Assembly (NCBI GenBank): GCA_051117555.1
Contig: JBNPEG010000154.1
Span: 1-47,735 of the forward strand
DNA length: 47,735 nucleotides
From: Elainellaceae cyanobacterium
Lineage (GTDB): Bacteria; Cyanobacteriota; Cyanobacteriia; CAZCXK01
Direction of reading: 5' to 3'
In this document: one piece after another, positions 1 through 10,290 of the stretch
Layout: every line of letters starts with the position of its first letter
Numbering within the stretch: the stretch's first letter is position 1
Translations under genes and position numbers: made by a program
Notes under the pieces: model-generated
What the model was told of the DNA's origin: nothing
Database searches by the model: none
Seen by the model: only the letters and a program-made list of their open reading frames with translations

Positions 1-126
1 CTCGGCATCCTGTCCAACAGTTGGTAAATTAGCTCTTGGGCGTGGGCAAGGATCTTCATGAGACTTGCAATTTATTGGTTCCACGCCCTTTTTTCTCATT
101 CCTGCTGCCTAGGTGCAAGATATGAG
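1..126 (-). mobile_element. Left end of an IS element: 16-bp terminal IR at 111-126 and N-terminus of a DDE transposase (ATG at 59, reading out of the window)
   Basis: AGGTGCAAGATATGAG (111-126) is the exact reverse complement of 47615-47630. The minus frame from 59 reads MKILAHAQELIYQLLDRMP, like the N-terminus of a common cyanobacterial transposase family as recalled (IS4/IS701-like; exact family uncertain). Confidence 0.85.
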
Positions 127-633
127 CCAACTGATGCGTTGGGGCGATTGGTCTATGCCAAAACAGGAGGCAGTTCGTATCGAAGCACCGATAATGAGCT
201 GTGGGTCGCTTTGGCTGAAAAAGCCTACGCACAACTGAATGAATCCGGATGGATTGGCCAAGATGGAACAAATTCGTATACGGGAACTAATTTGGGATAT
301 TCATCTGCAACGATGAGACAAGTTACAGCTCAAAGTACGATATCCAGGCGGTTAGATACTGCTTCTACTCCAAATTCTTTGGTTGATGCCTTCAATTCAG
401 GTCAACTCACTGCTCTCACCACCAAGGGCAGTAGCGAGGTTGCTCCTACACTCGTCCCCGATCATTCCTACACTCTGATTGAGTATGAAGCATCAACTCA
501 ACGATTTACTCTTTTCAACCCGTGGGGATTGAAGGGAGGCTATTCGAATGGACGTTATATTCCTGGAACGATTCAATTGGGTTGGGATGAAATTGTCCAA
601 AACTTTACCGGATACGTCTACACCCTTTCCTGA
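127..633 (+). pseudogene. 3' fragment of a calpain-like (peptidase C2) cysteine protease gene, interrupted by the IS
   Basis: Motifs ELWVALAEKAYAQL, HSYTL and FNPWG are present (catalytic His/Asn region). The catalytic Cys region is missing, and the first 23 codons of ORF 58..633 are IS sequence. Confidence 0.8.
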
Positions 634-859
634 GCGGGTGAATAGGCAATATGTATTTTCCTGAAGTCAATGGACCTGGCTCATCATAGGGCGATCGCAT
701 CCTTCTTGGCATCAATGTCAAATCTAGCGGCATTTCAGCCGGTACAAGATTCGCTAGGTGGCAAGAACTCGTCATAGACCTCGGATTGAATAGTGATAAG
801 CTGGGGAGTTGAAAATCGTTGGACGTTTCCTTCTCCTTTTATCGCCCTTGGAGTGATTT

Positions 860-1237
860 GTGTCCTATATTTATAGCTCACCCGCACCATATTTTTTACT
901 CGTCGCCGGACTATTAGCTGGCGTTTCTTGTGGTTTAGCATTTTCTGCCACTCTTAAGGAATCTGTTAAAGACTGGTCGATAACCCGCACCCGCGAATCA
1001 CTAGCCGCGATTCGAGGAATTCGCCTCCTCATTCCCTTTTTGGGGATTTGTGGGGGCGTTTGTGTGTTTCTCGCATCTGGGATTCAAATTTTTGCGTTCC
1101 CGGCTAAGATTTCCTATGCGATCGCCCTCCCATTGACCGTACTAACGGGAGGTCTAGTGTGGTATCAACTGGGTCAGATTTTACGCCAACTCCAGCGAGG
1201 GGGGTCAAAGGCGCTCGATCTAGATTCGCTATTTTAA
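860..1237 (+). CDS. Conserved cyanobacterial membrane protein, function unknown
   Basis: 125-aa ORF with three hydrophobic segments and a C-terminal GGSKALDLD. Confidence 0.75.
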   Translation: MSYIYSSPAPYFLLVAGLLAGVSCGLAFSATLKESVKDWSITRTRESLAAIRGIRLLIPFLGICGGVCVFLASGIQIFAFPAKISYAIALPLTVLTGGLVWYQLGQILRQLQRGGSKALDLDSLF

Positions 1238-1280
1238 GCGGCACGACAGTTGCGACTGGCACGATTAGACGGGGTATTGT

Positions 1281-1973
1281 CTATTTCGATTGTTCGAGAA
1301 CCTGTAGACAGGCTTCAACAGACGCGCCCTGCTCCATCGACTTTACCAGAGCCTCATAAGCGGCCTGGTGCGTTTCGAGGAGCGTTTTTGCTTGTAATGC
1401 AGACCACCGCTCTTTGAGGTTGCACTCTTGCATCGGACGACGCAGCTGAGTCCACAAAATTCGCATCTTTTGGCGATCGTCTTCTCCTCCTTCGGCGTTG
1501 CCGTAGGTGAGTGTCTCGGCTGCAACGCCAGCCATCCAGACCTTGCAATAGCGGTCTACTAAGCTTGACGATAATGCACCGCCCTCTAACTGAGCGTCGA
1601 GCTCTTGGCTATCAAAACTCACGCCGCCCAATCCTGGCTGCCCTCGACGAAATGCGTCCCAAGCGCTTAGGGTGTAGCTTGTGATCGGAATATTGAGCAA
1701 ATGGGCAACAAGGAAATGTCCTGCCTCGTGGTGAACGACGCGACGGCGATGTTCTGGAGAAAAGCGAGCAACCCAATCGAGGAGAAGCGTGCTGCCACGC
1801 CCTTGCCAGGCGAGGGTGTCGACTGTGGCGATGCTCAACATCCCGAACATGGCGATCGCCGGAACAGCAGGGGAGAGATTAATCAGGGGGCCAAAGACGC
1901 TCATCATAACGAGCGAGAACAGGGTAATAGCGAGAAGATTAAGCGAGGTCTGACCCACAGATGATGCTCCCAA
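1281..1973 (-). CDS. FtsH/M41-like Zn metalloprotease without ATPase domain
   Basis: N-terminal TM helices, HEAGH zinc motif, MAGVAAE and GGEDD; start codon uncertain. Confidence 0.8.
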   Translation of the reverse strand: MGASSVGQTSLNLLAITLFSLVMMSVFGPLINLSPAVPAIAMFGMLSIATVDTLAWQGRGSTLLLDWVARFSPEHRRRVVHHEAGHFLVAHLLNIPITSYTLSAWDAFRRGQPGLGGVSFDSQELDAQLEGGALSSSLVDRYCKVWMAGVAAETLTYGNAEGGEDDRQKMRILWTQLRRPMQECNLKERWSALQAKTLLETHQAAYEALVKSMEQGASVEACLQVLEQSK

Positions 1974-2021
1974 ATTTGCAATGAGTATCTAAAATTAACT
2001 ATCAAAAATTAATTGTCAAAA

Positions 2022-2849
2022 TTAATTATCTGGATTCGCCGAAGACGAGGCGCTATTGGGTGAACCGTAGAACAACTCTAGACTCTCAGTATCGCCGACA
2101 AAACGCCAATGCCACGGTTCGTAATTCACACCAGAGGCATTGTCCTTGGGAAAGGATAATTCAAAGTTATAATACGCTGCATGCTCCTCAAGCCATCGAA
2201 ATGCAGGCGTGTCTTCAAAATCAGTCTGAACATCAGTTTCAGGACGAGTCGCGTCCCCAATATCGATGGCATAGCCGGTATGATGTTCGCTATAGCCAGG
2301 AGGCGCACTCGTTTCAGCACGGTGAGTTGTAGCTTGCCCTTCTTCTGCCTTGATGCCAAAGAACAGATATTTTTGATAGTCAATCGAGCGAAACCCAGAC
2401 AATGCAACCAAATAGATATCGTCTGCTCGGGCTGCATCTGCCATTGCTAGAAATTGGTCAGCCGCAGACTCGCGAAGCTTAACCTTACCATCTGCGGTTA
2501 CTGAAACCAGAATATCTTCCGATACTTCTTCGTAGGGTCGGTGTCCTAGCAGGGTATCTGGAAATTGGATTCCAATGTTGCTAAGTGCGTCTCGTATACC
2601 TGGTTTGGCAGGGGTGACAGGGGCAGCCGTCACGGAGTCGGCTCGACTCGCGCCTTGAAGCTGCCAGACCCCCCAAATTGCTGCTAACAGGGCGATCGCT
2701 CCAACGCCAATGCCTCCCCAAACCCAGGGAAACAAAAATTTCGATGTTGCCGATGGAGCTTTAGGGGTTTCCCGCAACGCTTCGGGGATATCATCAGGGT
2801 CATGTGCTGGAAAATTAGACGACTTTCCAGGCAGATTAGGATTATTCAC
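2022..2849 (-). CDS. D-alanyl-D-alanine carboxypeptidase (M15B/VanY family)
   Basis: SGFRS, APPGYSEHHTGYAID and YEPWHWRF motifs; N-terminal TM anchor. Confidence 0.9.
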   Translation of the reverse strand: MNNPNLPGKSSNFPAHDPDDIPEALRETPKAPSATSKFLFPWVWGGIGVGAIALLAAIWGVWQLQGASRADSVTAAPVTPAKPGIRDALSNIGIQFPDTLLGHRPYEEVSEDILVSVTADGKVKLRESAADQFLAMADAARADDIYLVALSGFRSIDYQKYLFFGIKAEEGQATTHRAETSAPPGYSEHHTGYAIDIGDATRPETDVQTDFEDTPAFRWLEEHAAYYNFELSFPKDNASGVNYEPWHWRFVGDTESLELFYGSPNSASSSANPDN

Positions 2850-2965
2850 AGCCTAACCTCTGTAGGTGATGTAACTCAGTACTATTAATTGTAAACTGGG
2901 ACACGGACTCTGCCAGTGCTGAAGCGCACGTCTCGACACAAGTTTTTGTGACCTCATCCAGGCAT

Positions 2966-4012
2966 ATGGCTGATTTAGAATCCAATCTCATTCGACTTTA
3001 TCTTCCGCTCGTTGCATGGGTTGGGTTAGGGGTCGTGCTAGGAATGAAGCTCCCGGTGCAGGTACCGTTCTATCTGGGTAAGTTTTTGTTTTGGATAGGC
3101 GTACCCATCAGCATTTTGACATTTTTGCGCCAAGCGGATTTATCGGAGTCAGTTTGGGTAGTTCCGGCGATCGCTTGGATTGCCATTCTGTTAGGGGCTA
3201 GTTTGGCATGGTCTTGGATGATGATCACGGGTAGGGTGAAGCGTTCATCTCATCTTTCTAGGCAGCGATCGCCCTCTCAGGATGGTATTGAAGATGCTGA
3301 GGATGCTAGCAGCGTTGCGGATGAGTCGTCCCATCATCTGACTCATTCCGCTCATAAACCCTGGAGCTTACCGACTCAGGGAAGTTTTATGCTCTCGGCC
3401 ATGATTGGCAATACGGGCTACTTGGGATATCCTGTCGTACTAACCCTGATGGGGCCTAAATTTTTCGGGTGGGCAATTTTTTATGATCTCTTAGGTAGCA
3501 CACTAGGGGCATACGGATTGGGCGTTATTCTTGCAGCTCGATTTGGAACCAGTTATCAAAACATGGGGCAGCTTTTTCAAGCCATCCTCATCAATCCAGC
3601 ATTCTGGAGCTTTTGGGCAGGGTTGGGGTTTCGTCAAGTGCCCCTACCGCAGCCCGTCGAGCGCGGTTTATTGGGCATTGCTTGGGCGATCGTAGCCGCA
3701 TCACTACTTCTGCTAGGGATGCGGCTTAGCCAAGTTTCATCGTGGCGAAATGCCCAAAAAGCAGCGATTAGCCTAAGCATCAAGATGCTCATCGTGCCAA
3801 TGGCGTTAGGACTATGCCTGCCAATCATCGGGATCACGGGCTCTGCGCGGCTGGTCGTGATTTTGCAAATGGCGATGCCTCCTGCCTTTGCCACTCTGGT
3901 TATTGCTGAAGCATACAATCTCGATCGAGGGCTCACCGTCACTGCTCTGGCGATTGGCTCAATCGGGATTTTAGCCACACTGCCCATCTGGCTATGGCTA
4001 TTTGGGACGTAA
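2966..4012 (+). CDS. AEC (auxin efflux carrier) family transporter
   Basis: GNTGYLGYP and QMAMPPAF motifs, about 10 TM segments; ATG at 2966 chosen. Confidence 0.88.
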   Translation: MADLESNLIRLYLPLVAWVGLGVVLGMKLPVQVPFYLGKFLFWIGVPISILTFLRQADLSESVWVVPAIAWIAILLGASLAWSWMMITGRVKRSSHLSRQRSPSQDGIEDAEDASSVADESSHHLTHSAHKPWSLPTQGSFMLSAMIGNTGYLGYPVVLTLMGPKFFGWAIFYDLLGSTLGAYGLGVILAARFGTSYQNMGQLFQAILINPAFWSFWAGLGFRQVPLPQPVERGLLGIAWAIVAASLLLLGMRLSQVSSWRNAQKAAISLSIKMLIVPMALGLCLPIIGITGSARLVVILQMAMPPAFATLVIAEAYNLDRGLTVTALAIGSIGILATLPIWLWLFGT

Positions 4013-4059
4013 CCCAACCTAGTCAATACCTTCCGCTTATACTTACAGCAGGTTATTAA

Positions 4060-4527
4060 CTAACCCACCCAATTCACATCTCCATCGGAGGAAGGAACAG
4101 ACGGCAATGGTTTGGAGATAGGTACCTCACGACGTTGCTGCTGTTGGCTTTCGGACTTTTGGGAAGAATTAGAGGCTTGCCTGGCAGCGCGTTGAGGCTG
4201 CGGAGGGGGGGGAGGGGGAACTGAGCGAGAGGGTGAAGCATTGTGGGCAGCATTCTGGGGTGTGGTATCCTTCGATCGCCGTTCCGGGACAACGACCTTC
4301 TTCATCAAGTATTCAGTGGTTTGCTGTTTAACCCACCCACGAGCGGCTAAAACTTCACCAAAGCGCATACCGGTGGCTTTCTGATCATTTAGGGCAACTT
4401 CAATCTGAGCCCGGGTGACCAAACCCGCCTCTTCTAAATATGCGCCAATTCGTTTGCGAGTGTTGTTTAATACTGTAGGCACGGTGTGAAATTGATAGCG
4501 ATCTATACTGTCTCGATACATACCCAA
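4060..4527 (-). CDS. Small protein with an MshEN-like (T2SSE_N) motif and a Pro/Ser/Gln-rich tail
   Basis: RIGAYLEEAGLVTRAQIEVALNDQ followed by RFGEVLAARGWV matches the tandem RLGxxLxxxG pattern; the true start may be GTG at 4482. Confidence 0.7.
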   Translation of the reverse strand: MGMYRDSIDRYQFHTVPTVLNNTRKRIGAYLEEAGLVTRAQIEVALNDQKATGMRFGEVLAARGWVKQQTTEYLMKKVVVPERRSKDTTPQNAAHNASPSRSVPPPPPPQPQRAARQASNSSQKSESQQQQRREVPISKPLPSVPSSDGDVNWVG

Positions 4528-4871
4528 ACTGACATGTCACGACACGGGCAGTTCAGTAAAGATATCTTCAGTAAAGATATCTAGTGATGCACTCAACTCG
4601 GCCCTCGCCCAGATTTGCAGTTTTGTTAGAGAAACGTTCTCATTCCGAGCTGGACGCGGCTTCATACTGTAGATGAACCCAATTAACTAGACCTGAACTG
4701 CTTTGTTTAGACCAATCACTTGGCATACTGATCGTCAGATGCAACCCTATTTACGACGTCAACCGAAGTAAGACGGATCTAAAAATTACTATTTCATCTA
4801 GCATAGCAACAGATTTATTAAGAGTTTAAGACAGATTAAGGGTTAGCTATGTAATTACTCTAAGTTTTGAT

Positions 4872-5831
4872 GTGGTTAGCATGGCAGATTACAGATATTC
4901 AGACGAATCAAGAGAATTGCCCAATGACCCCTCTCAAGTCGCGCGGAGTCGGGCGTTGGTGCTCATTAATCCCCATGCACGGCAAGGGGGAAAAAACGTC
5001 TCAGAGGCGATCGCCTATCTTAGGTCATTTGGGTTAGATCTAATTCAGCCGTCTATCGATCAGTCCCAAGATTTTTCCCAGCTCATTTGCGACTATCGCG
5101 ATCAGGTTGATCTTGTGATCGTCGGTGGCGGAGACGGCACCCTAAATTCTGCGGTCGAAGGGCTAATCGATACTCAGCTTCCGCTCGGCATTTTGCCGCT
5201 GGGGACGGCGAATGATCTGACCCGAACGCTGGGAATTCCGACATCATTGTTTGATGCCTGTGAGGCGATCGCCACTGGAACTCCTCACCGCATTGATCTC
5301 GGATGGGTAAACGGCAAACATTTCTTTAACGTGGCGAGCGTTGGGCTGAGCGTCAAGATTACCCAGCAGCTCTCTAGAGAAGCCAAGCGACGCTGGGGAG
5401 TTTTAGCCTATGCAACGACTGCATTTCAGGTAATTGTTAAGAATCGCCCCTTCAGGGCTGAAATTCGCCTTCCAGGTCAATCGTTTCGCATCCGCACGGT
5501 TCAAATTGCTGTGGGCAACGGTCGTTACTACGGAGGCGGCATGACCGTTGCCCATGACGCCACCATCGACGATCAGCGCCTCGATCTATATAGCCTTGAG
5601 ATTGAGCATTGGTGGCAGTTCATCACGCTCATCCCCGCACTCTGGATTGGGCGTTTTCATGAATGGCTGGGAGTGCGGACGCTCGAAGCTCAAGAGATTG
5701 AAATTCATACCCGTAGCCCTCATCTGGTGAATACTGACGGGGAGATCACGACCCAGACGCCTGCTCACTTTCGATTAGTGCCGCATGCGATCGCAGTTAT
5801 TGTTCCTCGAAATAAAAGCGATAATTGGTAA
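4872..5831 (+). CDS. YegS/DAGK family lipid kinase
   Basis: INPHAR, GGGDGT, LPLGTANDL, NGRYYGGG and DGE motifs. Confidence 0.92.
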   Translation: MVSMADYRYSDESRELPNDPSQVARSRALVLINPHARQGGKNVSEAIAYLRSFGLDLIQPSIDQSQDFSQLICDYRDQVDLVIVGGGDGTLNSAVEGLIDTQLPLGILPLGTANDLTRTLGIPTSLFDACEAIATGTPHRIDLGWVNGKHFFNVASVGLSVKITQQLSREAKRRWGVLAYATTAFQVIVKNRPFRAEIRLPGQSFRIRTVQIAVGNGRYYGGGMTVAHDATIDDQRLDLYSLEIEHWWQFITLIPALWIGRFHEWLGVRTLEAQEIEIHTRSPHLVNTDGEITTQTPAHFRLVPHAIAVIVPRNKSDNW

Positions 5832-5907
5832 GACTTGTTGGCAAATAGGGCGATCGCCTCCACTCTCTGCTTCCTCCTCTCTCTACCCAATTCGGTGCAA
5901 CTCACCT

Positions 5908-7998
5908 ATGGAACAACTCATGCAGGTCTTTTCGGGCAGTCCTAGCCCGATCGTTGCGTTTACGATTCTGCTGCTGGTGATTCTGATTGTTCCGCCTTTT
6001 TTTGAACGCCTAAGATTACCTGGGTTGGTCGGTCTTCTATTTGCAGGGGTCGTCTTGGGATCAGACGGCTTAGGACTATTAAGTGCCGAATCTGAAACGA
6101 CAAAACTGCTTTCGGACATTGGCAAAATTTATCTCATGTTTGTCGCCGGACTTGAAGTTGACTTAGGAGAATTTCGCAAAACTCGTACGCGTTCGTTAGG
6201 ATTTGGCTCGGCAACGTTTTTGGTGCCTCTGATTGTAGGCACCCTGATCGGATTGCACTTTGAGTTTGGCTGGAATGCATCCGTCCTGATTGGCTCTCTG
6301 CTGGCATCTCATACCCTGTTGAGCTACCCCATCATTCAACGCTTGGGTGTGGTTCGCAATGAGGCCGTTACGGTCACAATTGGGGCGACGATTTTTACGG
6401 ATATTGCTGCGCTGCTGGTCTTAGCTATTTGCGTATCCATTCAGGATGGTGAGTTCTCGATTGCGAGTTTGACCGTTCAGCTATTGGCTCTTGTGATATA
6501 TTCGTTCGTGGTCTTGGTTGGCTTTGACTGGGCAGGAAAAGAATATTTTCGGCGCACGAGTGAAGAAGAGAGCAATCAGTTTTTGTTTGTGCTTCTTGCG
6601 GTTTTTCTGGCCGCTGTCGGTGCTCAAGTCATTAATGTCGATAAAATCGTCGGTGCATTTCTTGCCGGTCTTGCGGTAAATGATGTGGTAGGGCATGGCC
6701 CCGTTAAAGAGAAAGTAGAATTTGTGGGCAGTACGCTCTTCATTCCGTTTTTCTTTGTGGGTACTGGGTTGCTTTTAGATGTGCCTGCATTTGTACAAAG
6801 TCTAACGACGGAATTTGACCTCACCTTCGCCATTGTCATTGGTTTATTTGTTAGCAAGTTTCTTGCAGCGCTCATTGCCAAGGTTATGTTTCGCTACAGT
6901 TCAGCAGAGTTGTTCACCATGTGGTCACTCTCCTTGCCACAGGTCGCTGCGACATTGGCTGCCGCATTGGCGGGGCTGGAAGCCGGATTGTTGAGCGAGT
7001 CAGTATTCAACAGCGTCATTGTGCTAATGTTAGCCACCTCATTATTAGGCCCCCTGATTACCGAACGGTTTGCGGTAGGCTTATCAGTTCCTAAACCCAA
7101 CTTAGACGTGGTCGCTCATGACGATTGGTGGATTGGTGAAGACGATGGGTCTGGCGATCTCTCAGAACCAGAGGGCGGTCATCCGTTTACGGTTTTAGTG
7201 CCCATTTATAATCCGCTCACTCAGCGGTATCTGATTGAGATGGCCTCTCTCTTGGCGAGACATGAATCTGGAATCATCGTGCCGCTTTCGATCGCCAAAG
7301 CTCAAGTGCATCCGGACGAACCCCAGCTTAATGGACTGCTCCGACAGAGCCAACGGTTGCTTCAGAGGGCTTCGGATATTAGTCGAGAATTTGATATCCG
7401 AGCAGAACCCCGAATTCGAATCGATGACGATATTTCCAATGGCATTAGCCGCACGGCTCGCGAAGTCTATGCCAATCTCATTGTCATGGGATGGAGTGAA
7501 ACTACTGGATTGAAGGCGAGGCTATTTGGCAATTTAATTGACAGCGTGTTTTGGGCCTCTCACTGCCCGGTTGCGGTTGCCCGACTTTTAGACGACCCGA
7601 TTAACCTGCATCGCATTTTGGTGCCCGTTAAAATTATCACGCCGCAAACAATCCGGACGATTCGGTTTGCCCAATTTTTTGTGGATACCAATCAAGCGTC
7701 TCTGACCCTGCTTCATGTGTGCGATCGCCGTACACCCGCCGAGCAAATCAAAGACTTCGAAGCAGAGCTCGCTCAGCTCTTTGCGCAATCTGTCTCCCCC
7801 AACAATTTCACAATCAAAACCATTCGCCACGATGATGTTGCAAACGTGATTCTAGATGTCTCAAAGGAATTTGACATGGTAATCTTGCGATCAATGCGTC
7901 GACGCACTGCCGGAGGTTTAGCGGTCAGCGATGTAACGACTCAGGTGATTCGATCACTAACGGGATCAATGATTCTATTTGGCGAACCCCATTCGTAG
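5908..7998 (+). CDS. Cation:proton antiporter (CPA2) with C-terminal universal stress protein domains
   Basis: About 12 TM segments with ATIFTD and GAFLAG, followed by two USP-like domains (VLVPI...LIVMGW...CPVAV; ILVPV). Confidence 0.88.
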   Translation: MEQLMQVFSGSPSPIVAFTILLLVILIVPPFFERLRLPGLVGLLFAGVVLGSDGLGLLSAESETTKLLSDIGKIYLMFVAGLEVDLGEFRKTRTRSLGFGSATFLVPLIVGTLIGLHFEFGWNASVLIGSLLASHTLLSYPIIQRLGVVRNEAVTVTIGATIFTDIAALLVLAICVSIQDGEFSIASLTVQLLALVIYSFVVLVGFDWAGKEYFRRTSEEESNQFLFVLLAVFLAAVGAQVINVDKIVGAFLAGLAVNDVVGHGPVKEKVEFVGSTLFIPFFFVGTGLLLDVPAFVQSLTTEFDLTFAIVIGLFVSKFLAALIAKVMFRYSSAELFTMWSLSLPQVAATLAAALAGLEAGLLSESVFNSVIVLMLATSLLGPLITERFAVGLSVPKPNLDVVAHDDWWIGEDDGSGDLSEPEGGHPFTVLVPIYNPLTQRYLIEMASLLARHESGIIVPLSIAKAQVHPDEPQLNGLLRQSQRLLQRASDISREFDIRAEPRIRIDDDISNGISRTAREVYANLIVMGWSETTGLKARLFGNLIDSVFWASHCPVAVARLLDDPINLHRILVPVKIITPQTIRTIRFAQFFVDTNQASLTLLHVCDRRTPAEQIKDFEAELAQLFAQSVSPNNFTIKTIRHDDVANVILDVSKEFDMVILRSMRRRTAGGLAVSDVTTQVIRSLTGSMILFGEPHS

Positions 7999-8154
7999 TT
8001 CATCCTCCTCCAAAACCCGATTCACGTATCGCAATGTGCAATTGCGCCAAGCGCATACTGCTATATTTTCCTGCATCCCTCTCGCCATTATGCTTTTCTT
8101 GTATCCAGGAGTCGGTACAATGAGCAAAGGAAGGATTAGTCTGTGGAGGCAAGA

Positions 8155-8352
8155 ATGACCTCAGAATCTCAAAACCTGCCGTCAACCGAGACCTCCCTAG
8201 AATCGGAGAGTTCAGATAATTCTAAATTGTCGCAGGTAAATCAGTCTCAAGGGCTTAATTTATATCGAGCCGAGTCACCGTTGCCAGGTAATCGTCCGAT
8301 TGCTGACAACGACACCGAAGATATTGATGACATGCTTGGATATCTCGACTGA
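8155..8352 (+). CDS. Small acidic hypothetical protein
   Basis: GGAGG RBS 5 nt before the ATG; C-terminus LPGNRPIADND...MLGYLD. Confidence 0.6.
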   Translation: MTSESQNLPSTETSLESESSDNSKLSQVNQSQGLNLYRAESPLPGNRPIADNDTEDIDDMLGYLD

Positions 8353-8448
8353 GACGAATCACTCCTCGGAGTTGTTCTAGAATCAACGAAACTGTTGTTG
8401 TCCGTTTTGCCCCATCGAGCGATCGCCCTAGATTGCTCCATTAGCCTA

Positions 8449-9036
8449 ATGAGCTATACCACAGAGCAACTCATTCAGATCTTAGATCAAGAACTCCGGG
8501 CAACCTGGAGAGGGGAGCGGATTTTGCTCTCCTCCGCCGACCGGATTCACAACCCGGTGATTTCTAAAGCCCTTGGCTCAGAGAAGTTAAGCAAAGTCTT
8601 TGCCTATCGAGACTTTCGCAGCCAGATTCATGATTATCAGCTTCAGCATCACGTTTCAGGTCTTATCTGGCGCACGTGTTCATTTCGAGGGCATGAGATT
8701 CCTTCACCAGAATTGCACAATCAGTTGGTCCCTGTCCCCGGCGATAAGGAAACATTAATCGCTTCAAAGCCTTCGATTATTACCTTTTGGCGCGATGTGA
8801 CCCAAGGTATGAATCTTTGGTTAGTCGGCGATGAGCCGGTTCAAACCTCCAATGATCATGTCGAACGGCTGATTTCAGATGCGGAATGGGTTGAGGTTGA
8901 TGCTGCACGCACCGAGCTTTACTTGAGCCTGTGTTGGGGAAATCCCAAAGAGTGTCATTATAAATGGGCATGGCCCAACTCATATTGTGAACGGATTATT
9001 GCTGCGGATGCTGAACCTAGCTCAATCAAGGTATAG
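8449..9036 (+). CDS. Hypothetical cyanobacterial protein
   Basis: Open 195-aa frame starting MSYTTEQLIQILDQELRA with protein-like composition. Confidence 0.7.
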   Translation: MSYTTEQLIQILDQELRATWRGERILLSSADRIHNPVISKALGSEKLSKVFAYRDFRSQIHDYQLQHHVSGLIWRTCSFRGHEIPSPELHNQLVPVPGDKETLIASKPSIITFWRDVTQGMNLWLVGDEPVQTSNDHVERLISDAEWVEVDAARTELYLSLCWGNPKECHYKWAWPNSYCERIIAADAEPSSIKV

Positions 9037-9095
9037 TGAATGCCATATTGAGTTTGTTCGTCAGGTTCGAACGATTTACGTTCAGGAGAATTCCG

Positions 9096-9407
9096 ATGCC
9101 AATTGCCGTTGGGGTGATTGAGACCCAAGGTTTTCCGACTGTTTTAGCGGCAGCAGATGCGATGGTTAAAGCGGGTCGAGTCACGATTGTTCGCTACGAT
9201 CGCGCTGAAAGCGGACGTCAGTTTGTCGCGGTGCGAGGTCCTGTGTCGGAGGTCAAACGTGCGGTAGACGCCGGAATTGAAGCGGCTAATCGGCTCCCCT
9301 ACGAAGGAAAAGTGACCACCTATTATATCGTTCCTAACCCCCCCGAAAACTTAGAAGCCGTATTACCCATTGACTACAGTGAGGAATCGGAGGAGTTTAG
9401 AGTTTGA
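9096..9407 (+). CDS. ccmK3: Carboxysome shell hexamer CcmK3
   Basis: BMC domain (AVGVIETQGFP...AADAMVKAG...VRGPVSEV...IVPNPPEN); AGGAG RBS; first of the tandem ccmK pair outside the main ccm operon. Confidence 0.85.
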   Translation: MPIAVGVIETQGFPTVLAAADAMVKAGRVTIVRYDRAESGRQFVAVRGPVSEVKRAVDAGIEAANRLPYEGKVTTYYIVPNPPENLEAVLPIDYSEESEEFRV

Positions 9408-9577
9408 TTGCACCGCAATGGGACACTGCAAAAACAAATGTGTACAAATATAAAGAGTTATTGTACACATTACGCAACGCTAGTTTTCGACAAAATCTAG
9501 TCTGAAGACTCGTACAATGAGTTAGATTTGAATGTGCATTAAGTTCGGTTGCTTGTCATTGATTCAGGAGAGGGGAC

Positions 9578-9934
9578 ATGCCAGAGGCAGTTGGGTCGCT
9601 TGAAACGAAAGGATTTCCGCCCGTGCTTGCCGCAGCGGATGCGATGGTGAAAGCCGGTCGAGTTACATTAGTGGGGTATATCCGTGCGGGCAGCGCTCGC
9701 TTTACCGTCAATATTCGCGGAGATGTGTCTGAAGTCAAGGCTGCCATGGAAGCCGGGGTTGAAGCTGCAAAAAATGCCCCTGGCGGTGTGCTCGAAACCT
9801 GGGTGATCATTCCGCGCCCTCACGAAAATGTGGTTGCGGTATTACCCATTGACTTTAATGAAGATGTCGAAGTATTTCGTCGGTCCGTGGAAGAACCTCT
9901 TTTGCCTGGGCGGGGTAACGGCGCAGGACGTTAA
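9578..9934 (+). CDS. ccmK4: Carboxysome shell hexamer CcmK4
   Basis: BMC domain (AVGSLETKGFP...GSARFTVNIRGDVSEV...IIPRPHENV); follows ccmK3. Confidence 0.88.
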   Translation: MPEAVGSLETKGFPPVLAAADAMVKAGRVTLVGYIRAGSARFTVNIRGDVSEVKAAMEAGVEAAKNAPGGVLETWVIIPRPHENVVAVLPIDFNEDVEVFRRSVEEPLLPGRGNGAGR

Positions 9935-10290
9935 TTGACGCAATTCACGGTGCGTATTGGCATAGCCAATTTGGACACCCGTTAGTCACGGATGTGTCAA
10001 TGGTGTAGTTGACCACGCCGAGTGATATGTAACTGGGCAACGATTGGAACGCCGGTCATTGTTCATGAATGATGCGTCTTAAAGACGCCAGCAGCATCGA
10101 AAAGATCTATCCATCAAAGAGCCATCCTGCGAGATTTCTCGTATCCGATCTCCTGAGAGCAGATTTTCGTGTAAGTCGACCGTCCTCGGTCGCGTGTGCC
10201 CTAACCGTGGGGATGTGAGCGAGACGTTAGGCTCCGCATTGCCACGGCAAACGCACGTAATTACACAAAATTTGGAACACTCTCATCTCC

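Noticed and set aside
58..633. Intact 191-aa protein
   Set aside because: The N-terminal 23 codons lie within the IS end and the calpain catalytic Cys region is absent.
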